A model generated the notes under the pieces. It did not search any database. It worked only from the letters and a program-made list of their open reading frames with translations, and was not told the origin of the DNA. DNA of 64,000 nt. Source: a virus (Duplodnaviria > Caudoviricetes). Below, piece after piece: positions 37,376 through 46,267 of this stretch. The stretch lies in IMG/VR virus record IMGVR_UViG_3300023174_000048, positions 32,001 through 96,000 of that record. One strand, 5' to 3'. Each line of letters starts with the position of its first letter. Position 1 is the first letter of the stretch. Position numbers and translations under genes: made by a program.

Positions 37376-38228
37376 TACTATTAATAATGGAGCAAATGTT
37401 CAAGGGGATGAACTAGTTGCTCGATCCTGGGCAAAATATCTACAAAAAGATACAAGAGTTTCTAATGTAGATATTAATGGATTTGGCATATATGATGTTT
37501 CTATATCCTTTAGTCCATTAGTAAACCAACAAATGACAGGATATAAAGTACTATATCTACAAAATGTTTTTCCAAAACCCACTTGGCCAGGTACTGTTGA
37601 AGTTTATCATCAAATAAAAAATAACTATGATAGTTTTATATTTCCATCTGAAGGACTAATGAACAACTGTGGCGAAGGGCTTGTATGTCAATTTGCTGTT
37701 GATCCTGATTTATTTTTTCCTAAATCTATAAACGATAATTTATCTCATAACTTGTGTTTTGTAGGAAATAATATTAGAGATCAACAAACATCAGAAAAAT
37801 ATTTATTATGTGCTAAAGATAAAGGATTGGTTATATACGGTAATCCAGCAGGATGGAACTCTCCACTATGCAAAGGAAAGATAAGCATAGATGACGAAGC
37901 CACACTATACTCTTCTTCAAAAATCTGTTTAAATGCTCATCTTACTGAACACTTAGATTATGGCTCATATAATTTTCGTATATTTAATATTCTAGCATGT
38001 AAAGGTTTTATTATTTCTGACAGATCTCAATTCTTAGAAACAGAATTTAATAACTGCATGGAATTTACAGACGGAAATGATGATCTTCTTTCAAAGATTG
38101 ATTATTATTTAAATAATCCAGAAGAGACAAATAAATATAGAGAATATGGTTATAATCATATTTTATCTAAACATACTTTCAAACACAGAATGTCAGATCT
38201 ATTAAACTGGCTAGGAATAAAATTATGA
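37335..38228 (+). CDS. CgeB-like GT-B glycosyltransferase
   Basis: LCFVGN, LYSSSKICLN, NFRIFNILACKGFIISD, HTFKHR. Confidence 0.75.
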   Translation: MNINILIPSTSSINTINNGANVQGDELVARSWAKYLQKDTRVSNVDINGFGIYDVSISFSPLVNQQMTGYKVLYLQNVFPKPTWPGTVEVYHQIKNNYDSFIFPSEGLMNNCGEGLVCQFAVDPDLFFPKSINDNLSHNLCFVGNNIRDQQTSEKYLLCAKDKGLVIYGNPAGWNSPLCKGKISIDDEATLYSSSKICLNAHLTEHLDYGSYNFRIFNILACKGFIISDRSQFLETEFNNCMEFTDGNDDLLSKIDYYLNNPEETNKYREYGYNHILSKHTFKHRMSDLLNWLGIKL

Positions 38229-39604
38229 AAATATTATTTGCAAATATACCAAATGTAAAATATGTTAATGGACAGATCCACACTGGGCCAAATGCAGGAT
38301 CACGATGGCCTTGGACTAATCCCGGAGGACATTTTCATGGTTATGCACCTTTCCCATTTTGGCTAGGATATGCTGCAAAATATGTACAACATCATGGTTT
38401 TGAAACGTATTTTTATGATGGCGTTGCACTAAAACATGCTGATTTAGAAATTACTAAAAAAGTTATTTATGATTTAAAACCAGATATAATTTTTTATGAT
38501 ATATCTACTCCAACTTTTAAACTAAATAACGATATAGCATTATGGTTTAAACAAAATATTGGATGTCGAAATGTATATTGTGGACCGCACATGAAAACCT
38601 ATGCCAATGAATGTATAGAGTTAGATCATGTCGATCATTGTATTGTTGGAGAATACGACATACCAGCATTAGACATTTGTCAAAAACTAGATAATGCTAA
38701 AGATATCTACAGATTTGAACATTTGTCAAATATCGATACTCTGCCCAATGGAGACAATTTTTTACCATATAGACCATTAGAATATATTCAAAATTATTAT
38801 GAACCAACAATGAACACTCCAATGATTCAATTAACTGTGAGTGCTTCTCGTGGATGTCCATTTAAATGCACATATTGTCAATGGCCAAATGTTATAAATA
38901 ATGGTAAGTATAGAGCAAGATCAGCAGAAATGGTTGTTGATGAAATTCAACAAATGAAAAATATTTTAGGAGATAATCTAAGAAGTATACTTTTTGATGA
39001 TGATACATGGAATCTTGGACATAATAGAATATCTAAAATTTGTGATGGACTTAAAAACTTTAACATGCCATGGACAATGATGGGCAGAATAGACACAAGT
39101 AAGCCTGAACTCTATGATAAAATGGTAGATTCTGGTTGTGTTGGAATGAGATTTGGAATTGAAACATTTAATCAGGAACTATCTGATAATGTTAAAAAAC
39201 ATATGAATACCAAAACTGCTTATGATAATCTAAAATATTTAGTTACTAGATTTTCAAATATGGAATTTCATTTTACTACTATGAAAAATTTTCCAGGAGA
39301 AAAAGCAGGATCATGGGAAAAAGATCAGGCAATTTTAAAAGATCTTCAAGAAATTGGCAGAAAAAATAACAATACTGTTCATTGGCAAATTAGTGATTGC
39401 ATACCGTTCCCCGGAACAGAATTATGGGAAGAATTAGTACAATTAGGAAGAGGAGAAACTCTCAGAGATTTCAGCTTGTATGATGGTAGTCCAGAACATA
39501 ACGGAGCACTAGAAAAAACTGTTGGATGGCTAGGAGAAAATTATAAACCTAAATACTCAGAGTATTCAAAAGATGGTAGTCCAACAAATTTGCCTAATAA
39601 TTAA
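38225..39604 (+). CDS. radical SAM enzyme, probably B12-binding class
   Basis: SRGCPFKCTYC (CX3CX2C), FDDDT, GIET, PFPGT; N-terminal cobalamin-binding-like domain. Confidence 0.85.
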   Translation: MKILFANIPNVKYVNGQIHTGPNAGSRWPWTNPGGHFHGYAPFPFWLGYAAKYVQHHGFETYFYDGVALKHADLEITKKVIYDLKPDIIFYDISTPTFKLNNDIALWFKQNIGCRNVYCGPHMKTYANECIELDHVDHCIVGEYDIPALDICQKLDNAKDIYRFEHLSNIDTLPNGDNFLPYRPLEYIQNYYEPTMNTPMIQLTVSASRGCPFKCTYCQWPNVINNGKYRARSAEMVVDEIQQMKNILGDNLRSILFDDDTWNLGHNRISKICDGLKNFNMPWTMMGRIDTSKPELYDKMVDSGCVGMRFGIETFNQELSDNVKKHMNTKTAYDNLKYLVTRFSNMEFHFTTMKNFPGEKAGSWEKDQAILKDLQEIGRKNNNTVHWQISDCIPFPGTELWEELVQLGRGETLRDFSLYDGSPEHNGALEKTVGWLGENYKPKYSEYSKDGSPTNLPNN

Positions 39605-39606
39605 TT

Positions 39607-40173
39607 ATGGATCATATATATAATCAACCTCAATTTGGTGAAGACTGGTTCGATTATCAGGATGTTTATTCTGAATTTGCACGAGACTGTCCAGATAACG
39701 GACATATTATAGAAATAGGATCATGGAAAGGTAAAAGTTCAGTATTCATGGCTGTTGAAATTATAAATTCTAATAAAAAAATTAAATTTGATTGTATAGA
39801 TACTTGGCTAGGAACCGCTAATGATCAATGTCATAAAGATATTATTAAAAATATAAATAATAAATTATTTGAAGTATTTTTACAAAATATTAAACCAGTA
39901 AATAATATTATAACTCCTATTAAAAAAACATCAGAAGAAGCCAGTTTATTGTATGAAGATGAATCAGTAGATATAGTATTTATTGATGCCGATCATTCAG
40001 AAGAAGCTGTAAAAAAAGATATTAACTTATGGCTACCAAAAGTCAAAAAAAATGGTATACTAGCTGGTCACGATTATTTTTCATGGCCAGGAGTACAAAA
40101 AGCGGTTAATGAACTTATAGGTAATAAAAATATAAAAACTAAAACATCTTGCTGGATACATCATAAATTATGA
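39607..40173 (+). CDS. class I SAM methyltransferase (Methyltransf_24-like)
   Basis: IEIGSWKGKS, VFIDADH, GILAGHDY. Confidence 0.85.
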   Translation: MDHIYNQPQFGEDWFDYQDVYSEFARDCPDNGHIIEIGSWKGKSSVFMAVEIINSNKKIKFDCIDTWLGTANDQCHKDIIKNINNKLFEVFLQNIKPVNNIITPIKKTSEEASLLYEDESVDIVFIDADHSEEAVKKDINLWLPKVKKNGILAGHDYFSWPGVQKAVNELIGNKNIKTKTSCWIHHKL

Positions 40174-40694
40174 ATCATACATTTATTGTTAATAAATTAA
40201 TTTCTGATATAATTTTAATTAAAACGCAAATATATGAAGATCATAGAGGAACTTTATATGAGATATATAATAAAGAACTATTCATTAAAAATAAAATACC
40301 AGAAATAGTACAAGAGAAATCCTCATTCTCAAAATATAAAGTATTAAGAGGATTACACTATCAAAAAGAACCCCATGGACAAGGGAAAATAGTTAGATGC
40401 AATAAAGGTAAAATTTTTGATGTTGCTGTTGATATTAGAGAAAATTCAACAACATATAAACAATGGGTTTCGTATGAATTATCAGAATCTAATAAAGATA
40501 TGGTATATATACCACCAGGATTTGCTCATGGAATATTAGTATTAAGCGAGGATGGTGCAGACTTTAGCTACTTTACAACAGAAAAACACTATCCAGAATA
40601 TGAAACAGTAATATCATACGATGATCCAACAATAAATATAGATTGGCCAATTAAAGATGTAATTCTATCAAATAAGGACAAAGGAAACAAATGA
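40170..40694 (+). CDS. rmlC: dTDP-4-dehydrorhamnose 3,5-epimerase
   Basis: DHRG, VLRGLHYQ, QGKIVRC, FDVAVDIR, YIPPGFAHG, LSNKD. Confidence 0.92.
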   Translation: MNHTFIVNKLISDIILIKTQIYEDHRGTLYEIYNKELFIKNKIPEIVQEKSSFSKYKVLRGLHYQKEPHGQGKIVRCNKGKIFDVAVDIRENSTTYKQWVSYELSESNKDMVYIPPGFAHGILVLSEDGADFSYFTTEKHYPEYETVISYDDPTINIDWPIKDVILSNKDKGNK

Positions 40695-41428
40695 AAAATT
40701 ATAGATGCTCTTCTTTTTGTTCCTTATATAAAGGTGAAAAATTTGTTCAAGGATATCTGGAAGATATGTTAAAACAATCTATCTTTGATGATATTGAATT
40801 TATCTTTTTAGACTGTGCTTCTCCAGAAAATGAAAAAGACTTTATTTTACCATTAACTGAAGAATATTCAAATATAAAGTATCATAGACTAGATAGCGAT
40901 CCTGGCCTATATGCAGCATGGAATATAGCTATTAAAATGTGCTCATCAAATTTAATAGGAAACTGGAATATTGACGATAGAAAAAATATAAATAGTTTTG
41001 AAATACTGGTTAAGTGTTTTGATAGAGATCCAGATTTAGAAGTAGCATACGGACTAACATATGTATCAACAATCGCTAATGAAAAATATGAAAATAATGA
41101 TTACTCTAATTTTTATCCGTGCTTACCCCATTCATTAAAAAACTTATTAATGAATAACAGTCCCCATTGTATGCCGTTATGGAAGAAAAATTTACACGAT
41201 AGATTCGGATACTTTGACGAATCGTATAAGACGGCTTCTGATGGAGATATGTGGTTGCGTTGTTGCGTCGGAGGTGCTAAGATACAGTTGGTCAATCACC
41301 CTGTTGGCCTGTACTACCATAACCCAAAGGGTAGATCGACTGATCAAAAAACGTTGTTGGAGATGGTTGCTGAAGTTCAGCAAATGAGAAAAAAATACAT
41401 ACCCTATTTGGAGAATGACAATGGATAG
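40691..41428 (+). CDS. GT2 family glycosyltransferase
   Basis: LDCAS, GLYAAWNIAI, NIDDR, GYFDESY..ASDGDMWLR. Confidence 0.8.
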   Translation: MKNYRCSSFCSLYKGEKFVQGYLEDMLKQSIFDDIEFIFLDCASPENEKDFILPLTEEYSNIKYHRLDSDPGLYAAWNIAIKMCSSNLIGNWNIDDRKNINSFEILVKCFDRDPDLEVAYGLTYVSTIANEKYENNDYSNFYPCLPHSLKNLLMNNSPHCMPLWKKNLHDRFGYFDESYKTASDGDMWLRCCVGGAKIQLVNHPVGLYYHNPKGRSTDQKTLLEMVAEVQQMRKKYIPYLENDNG

Positions 41429-41564
41429 TTTTATTATTTTATGTTTGGCAATATCCCTAATTGGTGGAATAATTTCTGGAATCAAAGAAATGACAGATAG
41501 ATCAGGGTACTCTGTTAAATCATCAAAAAATATATTTACATTTCTGTTTTGCGATAAATATTAA
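41421..41564 (+). CDS. 47-aa membrane peptide (not in ORF track)
   Basis: MDSFIILCLAISLIGGIISGIKEM...; fills the gap, GGAG SD, stop overlaps the next ATG. Confidence 0.55.
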   Translation: MDSFIILCLAISLIGGIISGIKEMTDRSGYSVKSSKNIFTFLFCDKY

Positions 41565-42094
41565 TGGAAAGACTAAAAAATCAAAGAGTTTATCTGGCTG
41601 GAGCAATGGATAGAGTTCCAGATAGAGGTTCAACATGGCGAGATAATATCACTCCGTTTCTTAATGAACTTGGCATAGTAGTTTTTAATCCTATTAGTAA
41701 ACCAACAGATATAGGATTAGAAGATAAAGACACTCATGCTATAAAAACCAAGCTCAAAGAAAAAGCACGATACGACGAATTAACTGCCATGATGAAAACT
41801 ATTCGTTCTGTTGATCTGAGGCTTGTAGACATTAGTGATTTTCTCATAGTTAATTTGGACCTTAATACTCATCCATGCGGAACTCTTGAAGAAATTTTCT
41901 GGGCCAATCGTCAAAAGAAACCAATAATTATTCATATGGTTCAAGGAAAGAATCATACTCCAGATTGGCTATTTGGAACAATACCGCACCAGATGATATT
42001 CTCTACATGGGATGAAATCAAGAGTTATTTACAACACATTAATACCTCTGAAAATATAGATTCTCATAAAAGATGGTATTTCTTCTCGGTGTAA
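41564..42094 (+). CDS. nucleoside 2-deoxyribosyltransferase-like / nucleotide N-hydrolase
   Basis: VYLAG, WR, VFNP, DL..VD.SD, GTLEE. Confidence 0.8.
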   Translation: MERLKNQRVYLAGAMDRVPDRGSTWRDNITPFLNELGIVVFNPISKPTDIGLEDKDTHAIKTKLKEKARYDELTAMMKTIRSVDLRLVDISDFLIVNLDLNTHPCGTLEEIFWANRQKKPIIIHMVQGKNHTPDWLFGTIPHQMIFSTWDEIKSYLQHINTSENIDSHKRWYFFSV

Positions 42095-42095
42095 A

Positions 42096-42299
42096 ATGCC
42101 CAAATACTATGTTAAATCAGGTCAAATAAAATTTATTGTAGATTGTACCGATCATATATGCGCTATATTAGCTGCTTTGTCTCACTATAAAGGAAAAGGT
42201 GTTGTTACTGGGCCAAAAATTTGTGTTAGTGAACAAGGATTTGAAGATTTTAAAAAATGGAAATGCTATGATACTGACAAGTACCTAAAAGGAATATAA
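42096..42299 (+). CDS. hypothetical protein
   Basis: Tightly packed ORF between two recognisable genes. Confidence 0.6.
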   Translation: MPKYYVKSGQIKFIVDCTDHICAILAALSHYKGKGVVTGPKICVSEQGFEDFKKWKCYDTDKYLKGI

Positions 42300-43426
42300 T
42301 GCAAAAAATTATAAATGAAATTAAATTAGACTTTGATGATGTTCTAATTAGGCCCAAAAGATCAACTCTCAATAGTCGATCAGAAGTTTGTATCCAAAGA
42401 GAATTTAAATTTAAATATTCTCCACGAAAATTACTAGCAGTTCCAATAATGGTTGCCAATATGGATACTGTTGGAACTTTTGAGATGGCGAAATCATTAG
42501 GAAAAAATCAAGCCATAGTATGTTTACATAAGCATTATAAGATTAATGAATATGTTGCTTTTTATACTGATCCTAGTATTGTAAATAAAAATCTTGCATT
42601 TTATTCTATCGGCACAAGCCAGACAGATCTAGAAAAATTAACTGAAGTATTCAACCAAATTAAAAAATTCAACTATCCTACGCCTAATATATGCTTAGAT
42701 GTTGCAAACGGATATACAGAACAATTTGTTAAAATTGCTCGTAAAATAAGAAATTTATATCCAGAGTCTGTTATCATGGCTGGCAATGTGGTAACCCCAG
42801 AAATGACAGAAGAACTAATTATTCATGGTCAGGTCGATATAGTTAAAGTCGGCATAGGATCTGGCAGTGTTTGTACCACTCGTTTAAAAACTGGCGTAGG
42901 ATACCCTCAGTTGAGTGCTGTGATGGAATGTACGGACGCTGCTCATGGCCTTGGTGGGCACGTTTGTTCAGACGGAGGATGCAAAGTAATTGGAGATGTG
43001 TGTAAAGCATTTGGTGCAAATGGTGATTTCGTTATGCTAGGAAGCATATTTGCTGGCACAGACGAGTGTGAAGGAGAATGGAAATATGAATATTTAGTTG
43101 AAGCAGGATCATCTGCTCCCGGATTTTGGCAACCAATAGATCCAGAAAATAATAATATAAAAAGAAAAATATCTTTGCAATACTATGGAATGAGCAGTTT
43201 AAAAGCTATGGATAAACATCATAATGGAGTTGCAGACTATAGAACAGCAGAAGGTAAGTGCGTTACTGTTCCATATAAAGGAATGGCAGAAGAAGTACTT
43301 CAAGACATTTATGGAGGAATACGAAGTGCTTGCACTTATATAGGCGCTAGTAAAATAAAAGACTTTGGTAAGAAAACAACATTTATACAAGTCAACAATA
43401 CTCATAATAAGATATACGAAAAATGA
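42299..43426 (+). CDS. guaC: GMP reductase
   Basis: LDFDDVLIRPKRSTL.SR, ANMDTVGT, LDVANGY, KVGIGSGSVCTTR, SDGGC, YGMSS, RTAEGK, GIRSACTYIGA. Confidence 0.92.
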   Translation: MQKIINEIKLDFDDVLIRPKRSTLNSRSEVCIQREFKFKYSPRKLLAVPIMVANMDTVGTFEMAKSLGKNQAIVCLHKHYKINEYVAFYTDPSIVNKNLAFYSIGTSQTDLEKLTEVFNQIKKFNYPTPNICLDVANGYTEQFVKIARKIRNLYPESVIMAGNVVTPEMTEELIIHGQVDIVKVGIGSGSVCTTRLKTGVGYPQLSAVMECTDAAHGLGGHVCSDGGCKVIGDVCKAFGANGDFVMLGSIFAGTDECEGEWKYEYLVEAGSSAPGFWQPIDPENNNIKRKISLQYYGMSSLKAMDKHHNGVADYRTAEGKCVTVPYKGMAEEVLQDIYGGIRSACTYIGASKIKDFGKKTTFIQVNNTHNKIYEK

Positions 43427-44481
43427 AAATAAATTATTCAAGTCCAGTTAATAACACCGGCTACGGATTAGCATCAATTAATATACTGCGAGAACTATCA
43501 AAGATAGTAGACGTAACTTACTACCCCATAGGCCAGCCATCAGTTAATAATCAAGATGATCATGACTTTATACTTTCTTTATTAAAGAAGAGGATGAGTC
43601 CTGATATTAATGCTGTTAATTTTAAGATCTGGCATCAATTTGATTTACTAGATCATATTGGACGAGGAAAATATGTTGCCTATCCATTTTTTGAGTTGGA
43701 CACATTTAATGAATATGAAAAAATTAATTTAAAAGTTCCAGACAGTATATGCGTTAGTAGCAAATGGGGCCAGGAAGTTCTGCTTAAGAATGGAATAGAT
43801 TCTGAATCATTCGTAGTGCCATTAGGTGTTAATAGAAATATTTTTAATAACGACATCAAAAGAACTAGATCAGATGATAAATATGTTTTTCTAAATATAG
43901 GCAAATGGGAAGTTCGTAAAGGACACGATATTTTATTCTCATTATTTAATGAGGCTTTTCCAGATCAAAAAGATGTTGAACTATGGATATTAGCATCAGA
44001 AAAAACCAATTCGTATTCATCTGCTGATGAACTAAAACAATGGAAAAATATGTATGGTTCAGATAGAGTAAAATTATTTGATGGATTTGAAACTCAAGAA
44101 GAAATAGCTCAATTAATAGCAGATGCTGATTGTGGATTATATCCATCAAGAGCAGAAGGATGGAATCTTGAACTATTAGAAACCATGAGTATGGGAAAAC
44201 CAACCATAGCAACCAACTATTCTGCACACACAGAGTTTTGCACACCAGAAAATTGTTATTTGGTCAATATTGACGAGACAGAAAAAGCTTTCGACGGAAA
44301 AGCATTTCAAGGCCAGGGGAATTGGGCTAAATTAGGCAATAGTCAGATAGAAAATATTATTGATCATATGAGATTTGTTTATAATAATAGAATAAATACC
44401 AATCCTCACGGAATAGAAACGGCTAAAAAGTATTCTTGGGAGAATGCGGCTCAACAACTTGTAAGGTGTATTCCTAGGTAG
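43423..44481 (+). CDS. GT4-type (GT-B) glycosyltransferase
   Basis: FLNIGKWEVRKG, PSRAEGWNLELLETMSMGKP, YSWENAA. Confidence 0.85.
   Translation: MKINYSSPVNNTGYGLASINILRELSKIVDVTYYPIGQPSVNNQDDHDFILSLLKKRMSPDINAVNFKIWHQFDLLDHIGRGKYVAYPFFELDTFNEYEKINLKVPDSICVSSKWGQEVLLKNGIDSESFVVPLGVNRNIFNNDIKRTRSDDKYVFLNIGKWEVRKGHDILFSLFNEAFPDQKDVELWILASEKTNSYSSADELKQWKNMYGSDRVKLFDGFETQEEIAQLIADADCGLYPSRAEGWNLELLETMSMGKPTIATNYSAHTEFCTPENCYLVNIDETEKAFDGKAFQGQGNWAKLGNSQIENIIDHMRFVYNNRINTNPHGIETAKKYSWENAAQQLVRCIPR
44465..44472 (+). promoter_or_regulatory. GGTGTATT motif
   Basis: About 10 nt before the AGGAG SD of ORF 44492. Confidence 0.5.
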
Positions 44482-44491
44482 GAGATACTAT

Positions 44492-45034
44492 ATGCCAATT
44501 CCATCAATAAATAAAGACGAAGATAAACAAAAATTCGTATCTCGTTGCATGGGTGACGAGACTATGAAAAAAGACTACCCTGACACAAAACAGCGTGTTG
44601 CTATTTGCTTAGGACAAACAAAGAAAAAAAGCAAGTCTTCAATATTAGAAGAAATTCAGGATAATTTATTGGCTTCTAATTGTGATTGGGATGATGAATG
44701 GAATGAGTTTGTATGGGAAATTGAGGCTAATATAGTTTATGACGAGAATGAAAAAATTATAGCAGAAGAAAAAAATGGTAAAAAGGTCAAATTAAACAAA
44801 CCAACAAGAACTCCAAATGGTCCCAAAAAATTCAATGTTTATGTAAAAAACGATAAAGGCAACATTGTAAAAGTTAATTTTGGTGATCCTAATATGGAGA
44901 TTAAAAGAGATGATCCAGCTCGTCGCAGATCATACAGAGCAAGACATAATTGCGATAATCCCGGACCACGATGGAAAGCTAACTACTGGAGTTGCAAAAT
45001 GTGGTCCACACCAAACGTATCAGACTTAACTTAG
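44492..45034 (+). CDS. two-domain phage protein (probably virion-internal)
   Basis: PIP...EDKQKFVSRCM...QRVAIC domain plus KKFNVYVK...VNFGD...RRRSYRARH.C...YWSC domain. Confidence 0.65.
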   Translation: MPIPSINKDEDKQKFVSRCMGDETMKKDYPDTKQRVAICLGQTKKKSKSSILEEIQDNLLASNCDWDDEWNEFVWEIEANIVYDENEKIIAEEKNGKKVKLNKPTRTPNGPKKFNVYVKNDKGNIVKVNFGDPNMEIKRDDPARRRSYRARHNCDNPGPRWKANYWSCKMWSTPNVSDLT

Positions 45035-45043
45035 GAGAATATA

Positions 45044-45601
45044 ATGACTGATAAAAAATCAATCAATGACTTACTAAATCAACAGTATCAAGCCCCAACA
45101 TCAGAAACACTAACACAAGCACAAGAAGTTACTGGTTATACTTCTGATACTGTAATTGAACTAATAAAAAAATCATTAAACATACACTGGCAACAAACAA
45201 CAGTATTAACCGCTCAAGCTGAACATCTTCAAAGATGGGGATATAAAAAATTAGCAGCAATCATTAAGGAAGATGCTATTCAAGAACAGACCCATGCTGC
45301 AATCAACATCAAGAGATTAGAATTTTTTGATACTGATTATCAACCATTGATATTAAATCCACCAGTGTGGAAAAGGCATGATATGGCTGCAATGATACAA
45401 TACAATCTAGACTCTGTAAGAGAAGCATCAGCAGCAGAAAGAGCAACAATAGTTGCTGCTAGATCAATTGGAGATGAAATTACTGCTAATATGTTTATTG
45501 AACTATTACAAGGAAGCGAAGATGGTATCGAACTTTATGAAGGTTTTCTAAAACTAATTGAAGAAATGGGTATTGATAATTTCTTAACGCTTCAAGTATG
45601 A
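45044..45601 (+). CDS. bfr: bacterioferritin homolog with degenerate ferroxidase centre
   Basis: WGYKKLA...E..HA....KRL.F and C-terminal LKLIEEMGIDNFL..Q align with Bfr. Confidence 0.75.
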   Translation: MTDKKSINDLLNQQYQAPTSETLTQAQEVTGYTSDTVIELIKKSLNIHWQQTTVLTAQAEHLQRWGYKKLAAIIKEDAIQEQTHAAINIKRLEFFDTDYQPLILNPPVWKRHDMAAMIQYNLDSVREASAAERATIVAARSIGDEITANMFIELLQGSEDGIELYEGFLKLIEEMGIDNFLTLQV

Positions 45602-45605
45602 ATAG

Positions 45606-46262
45606 ATGAGAAACAATAAATTATTATCTGAATTTAGCTCAGTAATACCGTCTATTAATATAGATAAAATCAAATATACTACAAAAATAGTAGAAGATCA
45701 AAAAGTTTCAAAAATAATTGATTTTGACTACAAATCTATTCTTGATAATCCTCCTATAAATAGTAGTGGTTCTACACTAAAAGAATTAATTTACATATCT
45801 AAAATTAGTAATAATAGAAATGATGCTGATGTTGAATTTGTACATAAAATAGACAAAAATGCAGCATCTTTAGTTATAGACTTTTGTGATAGTAACAATA
45901 TTATTTTTCCACAAAATGATTTTGATAATCTATACAATATCATTAAACCTCTTATACTTAATACTAAATACTATTTTAATAGAGCAAGACCTTATCAATT
46001 GGCCAAATTTTATGGATTAACAATTAATGTTATTGAAACAGATACTCATCAAACCCCGTCTTACCCATCTGGACATACGGTGTATGCTAGATTAGCTGGA
46101 AATCTCGTAGCGAATTCTCATCCAGAGTTTAAATACGAATTGGATCAAATTGTAAATAAGAGTGGTTATGCCAGAGTTTTACAGGGTGTTCATTATCCAT
46201 CAGATAATCAAGCCTCAATAATTTTTACTGATTTTATTTTTCACAAACTATATAAGAGATAA
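45606..46262 (+). CDS. PAP2-superfamily phosphatase/haloperoxidase-like protein
   Basis: K-x6-RP (KYYFNRARP), YPSGH, R-x5-H-x3-D (RVLQGVHYPSD). Confidence 0.85.
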   Translation: MRNNKLLSEFSSVIPSINIDKIKYTTKIVEDQKVSKIIDFDYKSILDNPPINSSGSTLKELIYISKISNNRNDADVEFVHKIDKNAASLVIDFCDSNNIIFPQNDFDNLYNIIKPLILNTKYYFNRARPYQLAKFYGLTINVIETDTHQTPSYPSGHTVYARLAGNLVANSHPEFKYELDQIVNKSGYARVLQGVHYPSDNQASIIFTDFIFHKLYKR

Positions 46263-46267
46263 TAATT

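Noticed and set aside
46079-46085. GGTGTAT inside the PAP2 gene (also 49786 in clpP)
   Set aside because: Explained by coding (T-V-Y, A-V-Y); treated as background hits.
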